From Methanomassiliicoccaceae archaeon (GTDB taxonomy: Archaea > Thermoplasmatota > Thermoplasmata > Methanomassiliicoccales > Methanomassiliicoccaceae), in the NCBI GenBank assembly GCA_963728405.1, contig CAVSJV010000004.1:1-64000 (forward strand): a stretch of 64,000 nucleotides of DNA, given 5' to 3'. Each line of letters opens with the position of its first letter. Position 1 is the first letter of the stretch. The notes beneath the pieces are model-generated. The model was given only the letters and a program-made list of their open reading frames with translations, ran no database searches and had not been told where the DNA came from. The position numbers and the translations under genes are program-made. Below, piece by piece: positions 41,760 through 52,278 of this stretch.

Positions 41760-42593
41760 ATGGCCACAGAGAAGGTGTGCACCGATAGGGACTTCATATC
41801 CCTCAAGAAAGTGATCTACCGGAAGACAGCACTGGACTGCGACCAGTACAAGGATCCCTATCTTCAACGCCGGTTCGGGGTGAGGATGAGAGCGCGAGGG
41901 GTCGCGTGCTATTCGGATTACATAACCCTATTGAACACCGATCCTACAGAGTGCGATGACATGATGAGGGATATCACCATCAATGTCACTCAGTTCTTCA
42001 GGGATATCCTGGTCTTCAAGGCCCTGGAAGAGGAGATCTTTCCCCTGCTCATCTACAGCAAGATAACCCATGAAGATCCGGTCCTCAAGGTTTGGAGCGC
42101 GGGATGTTCGAGCGGCGAGGAGCCTTATACCCTGGCCATCATCCTCAAGGAACTGCTGGGAGAGGAGTATGATAAATTCTCAGTATCCATCATCGGCTCG
42201 GACATCGACGACGAGAGCCTCCATTCGGCCCAAGAGGGCCGATATCTTCCCCGCCAGGTGGTCAACGTCCCCAAGGCCTACCTCCAGAAGTATTTCACCC
42301 TCGAAGGGGAGCATTATCAGTTGTCCCCGGAGATCATGCAGATGGTAGAGTTCCGCAACCTGGACCTGTTCTCCGCCACCGCTGGCTCGAACTTTGATAC
42401 CATCCTTTGCCGCAATGTGGTCATCTACTTCACCAAGGACATGCAGGAGCGCCTGTACATGAAGTTCTACCGTGCCTTGAACGAGGGCGGCTACTTCATC
42501 ATGGGTAGCACCGAGACCCTGGTGGGCGAGGCGACCAAGGCATTGACATCGGTCAAGACCCGCGAGAGGGTCTACCAGAAAAAATCGGGCTGA
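41760..42593 (+). CDS. cheR: Chemotaxis methyltransferase CheR
   Basis: TINVTQFFRD, WSAGCSSGEEPY, CRNVVIYF. Confidence 0.96.
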   Translation: MATEKVCTDRDFISLKKVIYRKTALDCDQYKDPYLQRRFGVRMRARGVACYSDYITLLNTDPTECDDMMRDITINVTQFFRDILVFKALEEEIFPLLIYSKITHEDPVLKVWSAGCSSGEEPYTLAIILKELLGEEYDKFSVSIIGSDIDDESLHSAQEGRYLPRQVVNVPKAYLQKYFTLEGEHYQLSPEIMQMVEFRNLDLFSATAGSNFDTILCRNVVIYFTKDMQERLYMKFYRALNEGGYFIMGSTETLVGEATKALTSVKTRERVYQKKSG

Positions 42594-42782
42594 CCTTACA
42601 AAACCCGATCCGCCCTTCCATCCCAGGGAGCCTAAATCACTCGGAGAAACACTAGATCCTGTTTCTCCCAGGTCCAACCTATTGGATGAACACTGGGCCC
42701 CGACCATACTTGCTTCTGTTGTCGATCATTCTTGAACGGGCGAGGCACAATATTTTTACTTAAACAAAAGTGTTATAGATAC

Positions 42783-42797
42783 TAGTAATCATTACCA
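42783..42797. promoter_or_regulatory. Fur-box-like inverted repeat
   Basis: taGTAATcATTACca, perfect 5-1-5 core immediately upstream of the Fur-family start codon. Confidence 0.55.
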
Positions 42798-42802
42798 TTA
42801 AT

Positions 42803-43189
42803 GTGGCGGCAAACATCCAAAGGTGGACCAAACAGGTGAAAACGATAATCGACATCGTTTACAACAGCAACATCCACCTGACCGCTGATGAGATCTATAC
42901 AGAGGCGCGCAAGACAATACACAATATTAGTCTGGGGACGGTCTACAGGAATCTGAACAGATTAAAGGCTCAAGGAATCGTCTCAGAGGTTCCAAAGGGG
43001 ACGCTTAATACTTTCTCAAAACATCCAGATACCAACGCCCATTTTGAATGCGAGGTATGCCATCGCCTTTACTGCTTGCCTTTCGACATGAGTGTGTTCG
43101 ATCTTTCGAAAAAAAGCGGTTTCCAGGTCAAAAGGTACTCATTGACCATGAGCGGGGTCTGCAAGGAGTGTGAAGAGAAATGCACATAA
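42803..43189 (+). CDS. Fur family transcriptional regulator
   Basis: HLTADEIY, SLGTVYRNL, HFECEVC, GVCKEC. Confidence 0.9.
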   Translation: MAANIQRWTKQVKTIIDIVYNSNIHLTADEIYTEARKTIHNISLGTVYRNLNRLKAQGIVSEVPKGTLNTFSKHPDTNAHFECEVCHRLYCLPFDMSVFDLSKKSGFQVKRYSLTMSGVCKECEEKCT

Positions 43190-43869
43190 TGGAGGGGTTC
43201 TTGCCCTTGGAATGGGCGATATTATGGTTCGCCATATCATTGCCTATTGTAGCCTGGGGATTTTGGAAAATTCGGAAATTGTTCAATGAGCATCCTGAAC
43301 AGAAGATGATGCTTGCGGTGTCGGGCGCTTTCATCTTCGTGCTGTCGTCACTGAAGCTGCCATCAGTGACAGGTTCGTCCTCTCATCCGACGGGGACGGG
43401 CGCTTCTACGATCCTATATGGGGTAGCGGTGACCTCGGTCGTTTCTATAATCGTTCTATTGTTCCAGGCCCTATTACTGGCCCATGGTGGCATCACAACC
43501 CTGGGGGCAAATGTATTTTCCATGGGCATCGCCGGGCCATTCGTAGGCTATGTGGCATATAAGGCACTTAAAAAAGCCAATGTAAGCCTGGTGCCAACGG
43601 TATTCGTCGTGGCATTCTTAGCTGACATCGCCACCTATGTTACCACGGCTTTCCAACTCGCCCTGGCATACCCGACCAACGGCAGCGTGATGGCATCGTT
43701 CGTAACTTTCTTTGAGATCTTCGCCATTACCCAGATCCCGCTTGCCATCGTCGAGGGCGTGTTGTTCGTCATGTTCTTTGACTACCTGGTGAGGGCGAGG
43801 CCGGACATCTTGGAAGGCAAGTTGAGACTAAAGAAAGAGAAAAACGAGGACAAACCGGTGGAGGCTTGA
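43180..43869 (+). CDS. cbiM: Cobalt ECF transporter substrate component CbiM
   Basis: MHIMEGFLP N-terminus, GSSSHPTG, LAHGGITTLGAN. Confidence 0.96.
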   Translation: MHIMEGFLPLEWAILWFAISLPIVAWGFWKIRKLFNEHPEQKMMLAVSGAFIFVLSSLKLPSVTGSSSHPTGTGASTILYGVAVTSVVSIIVLLFQALLLAHGGITTLGANVFSMGIAGPFVGYVAYKALKKANVSLVPTVFVVAFLADIATYVTTAFQLALAYPTNGSVMASFVTFFEIFAITQIPLAIVEGVLFVMFFDYLVRARPDILEGKLRLKKEKNEDKPVEA

Positions 43870-43871
43870 AA

Positions 43872-44213
43872 ATGAAGCATCGCTATTGGTATATCATCGG
43901 CTTCGCGGTCGTTGTGTCCATATGCGTTTCGGCATTCGTCCTGGCACCCAATGGTGAGTTCGGAGGAGCGGATGATCGGGGATCGAACCAGATCGAACAG
44001 ATCAATCCGGACTACAGACCTTGGTTCGAGAGCCTATGGACCCCTCCAGCTGAGACCCAATCGCTGCTCTTCGCAGTCCAGGCAGCCATCGGAGCTTCCA
44101 TTATCGGCTTCTTCATCGGAAACGAACGCGGTAAGAAGTTAGCCCTGAAGCAGGCCAAAAAGATGAAAGAGATCCAAGCAAAAGCGGTCAAGGTAGAGGC
44201 GACCGATGAATAG
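43872..44213 (+). CDS. cbiN: Cobalt transporter component CbiN
   Basis: FGGADD, Y.PWF..LW.PP, SLLFAVQAAIGA. Confidence 0.93.
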   Translation: MKHRYWYIIGFAVVVSICVSAFVLAPNGEFGGADDRGSNQIEQINPDYRPWFESLWTPPAETQSLLFAVQAAIGASIIGFFIGNERGKKLALKQAKKMKEIQAKAVKVEATDE

Positions 44214-44235
44214 AAATGGAGACCTGTGATCACCG

Positions 44236-45033
44236 ATGCTCGCGATAGATGAGATTGCCTATGCATCACCGTTCAAGGACTGGTCACCTCTGGGCAAGTT
44301 CGCTTTGGCTCTTTCCCTCTTGATCTCGTCCTTGATGGCTTCATCAATCGTGGTCCCATTTTTAATCTTTTTAATCAGTTTCGCCCTGCTATTCTATTCG
44401 ACCAAGATGCGCTTCCCTCGGGTCATCGTCCTAGCTCTTTTAGACGGACTAGTGATCTTTTTCATCGGGGCAGTGGTGATAGCCCTCGTCACTGCCGGAG
44501 AGACGATGTGGACGGTCGATCTTGGCATCTTCGTCCTAAATTTCTCCCAACAGGGGGTCAAACTTGGGATGCTGGTCTTCCTGCGCGCGGTCGCCGGGGT
44601 CACTGTGATGCTGTTCTTCGCTACTTCCACGCCGCTTCCCTACTTTGCCAATGCCCTCCGCCAGATCAAGATACCAAAGGAGTTCATAGAGCTCACTGTC
44701 CTCATCTACCGCTATTCGTTCCTTCTATTGGAACAGCTGGACACCATGTATGTGGCTGCACACTGTCGCTTGGGTTTCCGTGGCTATAAGAACAAGTTCC
44801 GAACGACTGCCAAGCTCACGGTCGGCATGTTCACCCGCTCCCTGGACATGGCGGAGCGTTCGCAGGTAGCCCTTAATTGCCGGGGCTTTCGAGGCGAGTT
44901 TCACTGCTATCGGCCACCGAAAAAAGTGACTGTCAGATGGGTGCTCGCTTCGATCGTGATGTTCGAGATAATGAACATAATCAACCAATTTCTAGCGAAC
45001 CCCTCTTCATTGACCGCGTTATTTAGAATGTGA
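44236..45033 (+). CDS. cbiQ: Cobalt ECF transporter T component CbiQ
   Basis: STP, LIYRY.FLL, RLG and CRG motifs; multi-TM. Confidence 0.92.
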   Translation: MLAIDEIAYASPFKDWSPLGKFALALSLLISSLMASSIVVPFLIFLISFALLFYSTKMRFPRVIVLALLDGLVIFFIGAVVIALVTAGETMWTVDLGIFVLNFSQQGVKLGMLVFLRAVAGVTVMLFFATSTPLPYFANALRQIKIPKEFIELTVLIYRYSFLLLEQLDTMYVAAHCRLGFRGYKNKFRTTAKLTVGMFTRSLDMAERSQVALNCRGFRGEFHCYRPPKKVTVRWVLASIVMFEIMNIINQFLANPSSLTALFRM

Positions 45034-45037
45034 GAAC

Positions 45038-46319
45038 ATGACCAACCGCCCGATACTCAGGACGAGGGGACTTAACTTCAGCTATCCTAGCGGCGTCCCA
45101 GCCCTCAAGAACGTGAATATGGAGATCGATAAGGGAAAGAAGATCGTGTTCCTAGGCCCCAATGGTGCCGGAAAGTCCACACTGTTCCTTCACTTCAATG
45201 GCATCCTCCGGCCAAAGAGCGGCGAGGTCCTTTTCGATGATAGGGCCATAAAATATGACCAGGGTTCGCTGGCCACTTTACGAGAACAAGTAGCGATGGT
45301 ATTACAAAACCCGGACGACCAGATCTTCTCCACGACCGTAGAAGAAGATGTCGCCTTTGGCCCGATGAACCTCCTGTTGAAAAAGGATGAGGTCGAGGAC
45401 CGTATCGATGAGGCCTTGCACCTGGTGGGCATGGAGGATCTGAGGAAACGGCCGACCCAACAGTTATCGTTCGGTCAGAGAAAGCGAGTCTCCCTGGCAG
45501 GCGCCCTTGCCATGAAGCCCAAGGTGCTCATCATGGACGAACCAACCGCCGGACTCGATTCGGAGATGGTCCATGAACTGATGGAGCTGTCAGATGAACT
45601 GAACCATGGGGGGATGACGATGATCATGTCCACTCACGACATCGAGACCGCCTATGAATGGGCCGATGAGATGATGGTCATCTACAAAGGAGAGCTACTA
45701 TACCACGGCTCTCCAGAAGAACTGTTCACCCGGCATGAACTGGTAGACAAGCTTCGGATGGTCCCCCCGTTCCCGGTCCGGTTCAACCAACAGATGCACG
45801 ATCGGACCGGTCGGGCAGAATTGCCCTATCCCCGTAATCTTGTAGAGCTCTCACACAAATGCTTCCCTCTCACCTGTCCGCTGAACGAGGACCGAAGGCA
45901 AAGGTCCACCGATGGCCCTTCGAATCCTGGCAAGATTGACCCGTTCGGAGGGATCTTGTTCATTGTCGATGTCGAGGACCCGAAATACCCGGAACAGCTC
46001 CATAGCCTAACCGAGCGAGTGGCCGACCTTCATCATCACTCAGGAGCCTATGGGGCTAAGGCTCGTCGGTTGGTTCGGGAGGGCAAAATCGATGTACATC
46101 ATCCATTCCATGCGCTAGAGAACGCCATTCTCCAGGTGAGCCTCGGTAAGGATTACTGTCTTATACACTGATATCTCTCTCCTTTCTTTGGTCGGATCGA
46201 ACCTGGCCAAGGTGGAGAAAAAGGTCGGGTTAAGAATAAATGTCCTATTTTGTGGTCACATCAAGGTCGGTGAGATAAGCATGGACCACATGGTCGAAGA
46301 AAACGGTAAGACTGAGTAG
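45038..46319 (+). CDS. cbiO: Cobalt ECF ATPase CbiO with C-terminal extension (apparent frameshift at about 46157)
   Basis: GPNGAGKST, QNPDDQ, LSFGQ, DEPT; deleting T in ACTGT extends ORF (DYVLYTDISL...) from 46171 to TAG at 46319. Confidence 0.88.
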
Positions 46320-46610
46320 GACGGGACTAAGGGCCAAGAACTGTCCCTTACAATGGTCAGCCGTCCCCCGAGCTCAGTCCATCATCCTTTGGCCCTGATC
46401 TCACGGCAGGAGATTATACTAAAGAGACATTTAAATGAATAAAGAAAGGATTATTAAGAGATGGATGTATAATCCAACTCATTCGGAGCCCTGCTTGTAG
46501 CGAAGGCGACCATTGATCGGCTAGGTCGATAACTGGACGCCATGCGGGTAAATCAATGGTCAGGGACCCGTCGAGGGCAAAGTAGACGGTACAAGAGGAG
46601 TGATGGTCGG

Positions 46611-47970
46611 ATGCATATTCCAAGGATTATGATCTCTGGCGAGAGGAGCGGGGTGGGCAAATCAACGATAACCATAGGTCTCCTGTTGGCGTTAAAGGCC
46701 CGTGGCCTAGACCCTCAGCCGTTCAAGGCCGGACCGGACTTCCTCGATCCGATGCATCACACCAAGGCGGTCGGCCGACCGTCTCGGAACCTGGATACAT
46801 GGATGTTCGGAGACAGTGTCCTATCCTCGTTCATCCGGGGATCGCAAGGGTCTTCGATCTCGGTCATCGAGGGAGTGATGGGGCTATACGACGGCTTGGA
46901 CGGCCGTTCCGAAGAAGGATCGACCGCCCACCTGGCCAAGGTTCTGAAGGCACCTGTCATTCTGGTGGTGGACGCTTCCTCTTCGGCCCGGTCAACCGGC
47001 GCGGTGGCCCTGGGGTTCAAGGACTACGATCCAGACGTCAAAATACCTGGGGTCATCTTCAACAATGTGGCCGGCCCCGGACATCTGGCGATGTTGAAGG
47101 ATTCGTTAAAAGGAATGGAGTGCTTAGGAGGCATCCCGGGGGAAGGCAGCGTGGAGCTGAAGTCCCGGCACCTGGGCCTGGTGCCAGCAGGCGAATGCAA
47201 CGATCAGGCCCGCTATGACCGCATCAGGTCCCTGGTGGAAGAGCACTGCGATATGGAACGGATCGTGGAGATCGCCTCGATCGGCCCCGGACATCGGCCC
47301 CAAAAAGCTCATCGAATCCAAGAGGAGGAAACGCCCTCGGGCCCGCATCGGTCTGGCCCAGGACGAGGCGTTCAACTTCTACTATCAGGAGAATCTTGAT
47401 TACCTTCGGTCCTTCGGAGCGGAGATCGTCCCCTTCTCACCGATGCACGATCACCTTCCTGACGTGGACGGCCTATACTTCGGGGGTGGATATCCTGAGC
47501 TTTTCTCCAGAGAGCTGGAAGATAATATCGGGTTGCGGACCGCGGTGCGGGATGCGGCCATGTCGGGGATGCCCATCTATGCGGAATGTGGAGGCATGAT
47601 GTACGTCTGCCGCTCGGTGACCGATCTGGAGGATCAGAAACGGCCGATGTGCGGCATATTCGATGCCGAGGTGGAGATGACCGAACGCCTTCAGGCCATC
47701 GGATACGTCGAGGTCGAGGTGAGGAAGGACAATATGCTGGCCATGAAGGGGTGGAGCACCCGGGGACATGAGTTCCATTATTCCAAGGTCACCTGCTCCG
47801 GGGAGACCGATCTCGCCTACGATATGAAACGTGGGAAGGGGATCCAGGACGGCCGGGACGGTTTCCTGACGCATAACACCCTGGCCTCTTACACCCATCT
47901 GCATTTTGCTTCCTGTCCCGACTTCGCCCGCCGTTTCGTGGACAGTTGCATCTACAATCGGAGGCGGTAA
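46611..47970 (+). CDS. cbiA: Cobyrinate a,c-diamide synthase (apparent frameshift at about 47277)
   Basis: SGVGKST, FKAGPDFLDP, EGVMGLYDG, SRHLGL; then DEAFNFYY, GGGYPE, AECGG, GHEFHYS. Confidence 0.93.
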
Positions 47971-49774
47971 GACGGACGAGCACTGGCCCAAGGTGCGGTC
48001 CGAGCTAAGTGATTTCGTAGGGGGCTCCAATCATTCGTGCCCTTACTACTCCTGCCACTTCGACGGGCAGGACTGCGGCTTGTGCTTCTGCCCCCTGTAC
48101 CCATGCCATGATGCCCACCTAGGCAGGATGGTTCGGACAGCCAAGGGGACCGAGGTATGGAGCTGCGAGGACTGCTTCTGGACCCACCGCAGCGATGTGG
48201 CATCTGAACTGGCCAGGCGCATCCCGCCAACCCCAACGTCGCCATCCCGGGAGTTCCTGGAGCAGGTGAAGCTCGACGTAGAAGCGCTACACCCGGTATC
48301 GGCTCGTCCGATCATGGTTCTGGGCGCGACCTCCGGGGCGGGGAAGTCCCTGATCGCAGCGGCATTGTGCCGCATCTTCTCGGACCGGGGCCTGAACGTT
48401 GCTCCGTTCAAGTCGCAGAACATGTCATTGAACTCGATGGTAACCTCCCAGGGCGGAGAGATATCGCGAGCCCAGGCATTACAAGCGGTGGCGGCCCGTA
48501 CGGAGCCGGATGCCCGGATGAATCCCATCCTGCTCAAACCGAAGAAGGACGACATCTCCCAGGTGATCGTCGACGGCCGGCCGTACCGCGATATGAACGT
48601 GCCCACCTATTACGGCGAATTCGCTCCTCGCGAGGGAGTGGAGATCATACAAAGGGCCTGGGAGTTCCTGAGGAAGACCAGGGACGTGGTGGTGATCGAG
48701 GGCGCCGGCTCGCCCGCAGAGATCAATATCGCCGATGTGGAGATCGCCAACATGAGGACGGCCGAGATCGCCAAGGCCCCCTGCATCCTGGTGATCAACA
48801 TGGAGTGGGGCGGAGGTTTCGCCTATGCTTACGGCACCATCATGCTGCTTCCTCCGGAGCGGAGAGCGATGTTCAAGGGCATTGTGCTGAACAACATGCA
48901 CGGAGACGCCGCCTGCCTGGACGCGGGCATCAGGGAGTTGGAAGAGAAGCTTGGGATCCCGGTGCTGGGAGTGGTTCCTCACGTCGATCATGCCCTTCCG
49001 GACGAGGATTCCCAGGACCTGATCAAGGTAAAGGGCAGTGGCGAGGTCAGGGTCGGAGTGATCATGCTGCCTCGCATATCCAACTTCACCGACCTCGATG
49101 CCTTGGCCCTGGATGGCGTTTCGGTCACCTACATCAAAGAGCCGGACGCGCTCGGTGAGGTCGATGCCATCATCATCCCCGGCACCAAGAACACCGTCGC
49201 TGACCTCAAGTGGCTCAGAGAACGGGGACTGTTCGAGGCCATCAGGGAGAGGAGAGGAAAGGTCCCCATCCTTGGCATCTGCGGCGGTTACCAGATGCTC
49301 GGCCGGGAGGTCGTGGACCTGAACGGGGTGGAGGGGGATGTCGGAGCGGCCTGGGAAGGCCTGGGTCTCCTGGACATCACCACCACGTTCGAGGCCTATG
49401 AGAAGCGAACTATGCAGGTCTCGGGCCGAATGGCGTCAGGGGAAGGAGCGATCAGGGGCTACGAGATCCATATGGGCCGGTCCGAGAGCAGGGAGGCCCC
49501 ACTCTTCCTTCTTGAGGAAGGGGGCAGGGAGATAGCCGAGGGAGGGGTATCCTCGGACGGCCTGGTCCTGGGCTCCTACGTCCATGGCCTTTTCGACCTC
49601 CCGGCGTTCCGCTCGGCCTTCCTCGGAAAGGTCAAGAAGGGCGCTGCTCCGGCCAATCCGGCCAAGGACTACCAGCGGTCCGTCGAGGATGGCCTCGATG
49701 CCTTGGCCATGGTGGTCTCTTCGAACCTAGACATGGATAAGATCATGAAGATCCTGCAGGAGGGATTACCATGA
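47906..49774 (+). CDS. cbiP: Cobyric acid synthase with N-terminal Cys-rich small domain
   Basis: CPYYSCH..Q.C..CFCPLYPC..WSC.DC.W.H; SGAGKS, PFKSQNMSLN, EGAGSPAEIN, ISNFTD, GICGG, GYEIH; start uncertain. Confidence 0.92.
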   Translation: MLPVPTSPAVSWTVASTIGGGKTDEHWPKVRSELSDFVGGSNHSCPYYSCHFDGQDCGLCFCPLYPCHDAHLGRMVRTAKGTEVWSCEDCFWTHRSDVASELARRIPPTPTSPSREFLEQVKLDVEALHPVSARPIMVLGATSGAGKSLIAAALCRIFSDRGLNVAPFKSQNMSLNSMVTSQGGEISRAQALQAVAARTEPDARMNPILLKPKKDDISQVIVDGRPYRDMNVPTYYGEFAPREGVEIIQRAWEFLRKTRDVVVIEGAGSPAEINIADVEIANMRTAEIAKAPCILVINMEWGGGFAYAYGTIMLLPPERRAMFKGIVLNNMHGDAACLDAGIRELEEKLGIPVLGVVPHVDHALPDEDSQDLIKVKGSGEVRVGVIMLPRISNFTDLDALALDGVSVTYIKEPDALGEVDAIIIPGTKNTVADLKWLRERGLFEAIRERRGKVPILGICGGYQMLGREVVDLNGVEGDVGAAWEGLGLLDITTTFEAYEKRTMQVSGRMASGEGAIRGYEIHMGRSESREAPLFLLEEGGREIAEGGVSSDGLVLGSYVHGLFDLPAFRSAFLGKVKKGAAPANPAKDYQRSVEDGLDALAMVVSSNLDMDKIMKILQEGLP

Positions 49775-50616
49775 GCTGCATCATGGTCCAGGGGACCGCC
49801 TCTGGAGCGGGGAAGACCACCGTGGCCGCCCTGCTATGCCGTCACTTCAACGACCTGGGTCTGAGGGTCGCGCCGTTCAAGGCCACCAACCTTTCCCTCA
49901 ACTCCTTCGTCACCTCCCAGGGCGAGGAGATCGGTGTCTCGCAGGCCTATCAGGCCTGGGCCTGCGGCCGCGAGCCGGAAGGGGACATGAACCCGGTGCT
50001 CCTGAAGCCCAAGGGCGAGGGAGGGTGCCAGGTCATCCTGGCTGGCCGACCGTACATGGACGTCGGCAGGGGTCGGAACGTAGAACGGGATGTCCTGCTG
50101 AGGGCGGTAAAGGCCTCCTACCAACGGCTGGCCGATGACAACGACGTGGTGGTGATCGAGGGCGCCGGCTCGCCCGCAGAGATCAATCTACGGAACGAGG
50201 ACATTGCCAACATGACCACAGCGGAGATGGCCCACGCACCGGTGATAATGGTCGGAGATATCGAAAGGGGCGGGGTGTTCGCAGGGCTGTATGGAACCTA
50301 TGCGCTTCTGGAAGAGAGATATCGCCCCCTGGTCAAGGCGTTCCTGATCAATCGGTTCCGAGGCGATCGGAGCATCCTCGGAAGCGGACTTACCCGCCTC
50401 GAGGAACTGATGGGCGTCCCCTGCCTAGGAGTGCTACCGTTCGCTGATCTGAGGTTCCCCAACGAGGACAGCTTAGACCTCGGTAGGGCCCAGGGAACTA
50501 AGGCTCGAGGTCAGGACATGAGAGCGGCCTGGCTGGAGAACCTGGACGCTTTCCACGATGTCGCCTGTGGCTGTCTGGATTTCGACCAGATAGAAAGGTT
50601 GGCCTCCATCCGTTGA
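49771..50616 (+). CDS. Short CbiP/CobQ paralog (synthetase domain only)
   Basis: QGTASGAGKT, MNPVLLKP, EGAGSPAEIN, DIERGG, EDS; no glutaminase domain. Confidence 0.85.
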   Translation: MSCIMVQGTASGAGKTTVAALLCRHFNDLGLRVAPFKATNLSLNSFVTSQGEEIGVSQAYQAWACGREPEGDMNPVLLKPKGEGGCQVILAGRPYMDVGRGRNVERDVLLRAVKASYQRLADDNDVVVIEGAGSPAEINLRNEDIANMTTAEMAHAPVIMVGDIERGGVFAGLYGTYALLEERYRPLVKAFLINRFRGDRSILGSGLTRLEELMGVPCLGVLPFADLRFPNEDSLDLGRAQGTKARGQDMRAAWLENLDAFHDVACGCLDFDQIERLASIR

Positions 50617-50642
50617 GCCGCCATATCGATGGGGGCCCAGTC

Positions 50643-51293
50643 CTAGATATAGCGGATCGAGTGGACTTCCCCTTCTTTCCGCGTGGATTTCCTTCCCAGC
50701 TGGAGCCACAGTCCCAGTGCCTTGCCCAGATCATGGATGTAGTCTCCCGCGGCCAGCGTATTACGCTCGATGATCGACGCATAGCGGTCCATCAGCTCCG
50801 GGGGCGGTATGAACCTCAGGTCCCTCTTCTGCCTTTCTGGCTCTAAATATTGTAATCGTTCCTGCAGGGAACAGAAATCCTCGGCGAGGAATGCCGGCTC
50901 CTCGGTGACCTTCCCTCCTTTCTTGCCCAAGGCCAACGAGGCCTGCTCAACTGTCCTCAGCTCCTCCAGGATCTGCGCGGCGGCCTTTCGGCCGTTCAGG
51001 CAATGGTCTCGAAAGTCCTCAATCCGAACGCTCAGATAGTCCGCCTTGGCCGCTTTCTCGCACTGCTGCACCAGCGCCATTAGCTTGCCCAGCTCTTCGA
51101 ACATGAGCAGGAGGGCGCTGAACCTGAGGCGGTCCCGGCCCGGGAACGCCTCCTGTCCGGCCAGGGCGTGGTAGACATTGGCGTTGTCAAGGATATGCGC
51201 TGCCAGTTCCTCGGCCATCTGGAAGGCCTCATCCCTGGCGGGATAAAGGACATCGGGTTCTCCTCTCATGCTCTTCAATTCCCTAACAGGCAT
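50643..51293 (-). CDS. Hypothetical protein, AbiV-like HEPN candidate
   Basis: ILDNA, EELGK, FRDH and LQY motifs in the order seen in the AbiV family. Confidence 0.5.
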   Translation of the reverse strand: MPVRELKSMRGEPDVLYPARDEAFQMAEELAAHILDNANVYHALAGQEAFPGRDRLRFSALLLMFEELGKLMALVQQCEKAAKADYLSVRIEDFRDHCLNGRKAAAQILEELRTVEQASLALGKKGGKVTEEPAFLAEDFCSLQERLQYLEPERQKRDLRFIPPPELMDRYASIIERNTLAAGDYIHDLGKALGLWLQLGRKSTRKEGEVHSIRYI

Positions 51294-51356
51294 ATTAAAG
51301 ATGTCCCGCAGAAGGAGGAGGTTTAATATATAATCTCTATTTTCAGAATACAGTAC

Positions 51357-51625
51357 ATGGACAGCGAGCAGGAGCCTAGTGCTGGGGAAAGGAAGATCGC
51401 TGAGGACAAACTGTGATCACACATCCACCTTAGCATCCGTCTACTGGTCAACGCCATACTGGTGTTCATCTGGTGGTGGAGCGGCGGCGATCCCCGTGGT
51501 TCATCTTAGTAATGGCATTCTGGGGCACCGGGGTGGTCGCTCACGGCATCGGGACCTTTGTCCGAGGAAGACATTCGGATCAGATGGCCAAGCGAGAGTA
51601 CCGGGGGCTCAAGGAGAGGCGATAG
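51357..51625 (+). pseudogene. 2TM domain protein, disrupted
   Basis: IHL...LLVNAILVFIWW then PWF....FWGTGVVAH; internal TGA and one frameshift. Confidence 0.65.
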
Positions 51626-51926
51626 GTCCAGATTCGATCATCCGCAGGAAGATGCGGGCCAGAGACTCACGCTCGGCCGGGCTGGCCTGGTTCCACAGCT
51701 CGGCCACCATCCTTTCTTCGGGAGAGCCGGAGCAGACCCGTTGAGCAAGGAAATCGATCACGTCCTCCACGATCGCGATGACGTTCCGGTCAGAAGGGTC
51801 GATCTCCCTAGCTGCATTCACGGTTTCTCTCAAAGATTCTCGCCAGTCGTTCCAGTTCTGAGCGAAGTTCATCAAGTTCAGGCAGGCCTCGGGGGAGTTC
51901 GGGGAGGGCGTGGTCAGGTCTCTCAT
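51609..51926 (-). CDS. DUF3243-like protein
   Basis: NWNDWRESL, DFLA..V....PEERMVAELW..AS..ER..LA. Confidence 0.75.
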   Translation of the reverse strand: MRDLTTPSPNSPEACLNLMNFAQNWNDWRESLRETVNAAREIDPSDRNVIAIVEDVIDFLAQRVCSGSPEERMVAELWNQASPAERESLARIFLRMIESGPIASP

Positions 51927-52278
51927 GCTACATTCTTGGGACCTTCGAGTAAAATTATGTTTCTGCCCCATATCGAGAATGATGACGTGGCATCATCGAC
52001 CTTAAATGGAACCCAAGAGCGTGATCACTCCATCCAAAGGCATGTCGTGTAAAGGGCGTCCCTGCTCACAATCTCCGCCATGGTCATCCAATCATTGATC
52101 ACCTCGCTGATGGCGATGAACGACCGATGCGTCATCATCGCGGCATGGTACTTGTCGGGGTCGCCTACGAGGCTAGATCAGCCGCTACAGCCCCAGATCC
52201 ATGTGTCGGGATGTTCAAGAAGAACGCTCCCATCATCAGGAGGGAGAAGAAGAGTTCGGGCCTCCGATAGAGGCCCGC

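Noticed and set aside
46320-46610. Cobalamin riboswitch upstream of cbiA
   Set aside because: Short stems exist but no B12-box consensus is recognisable
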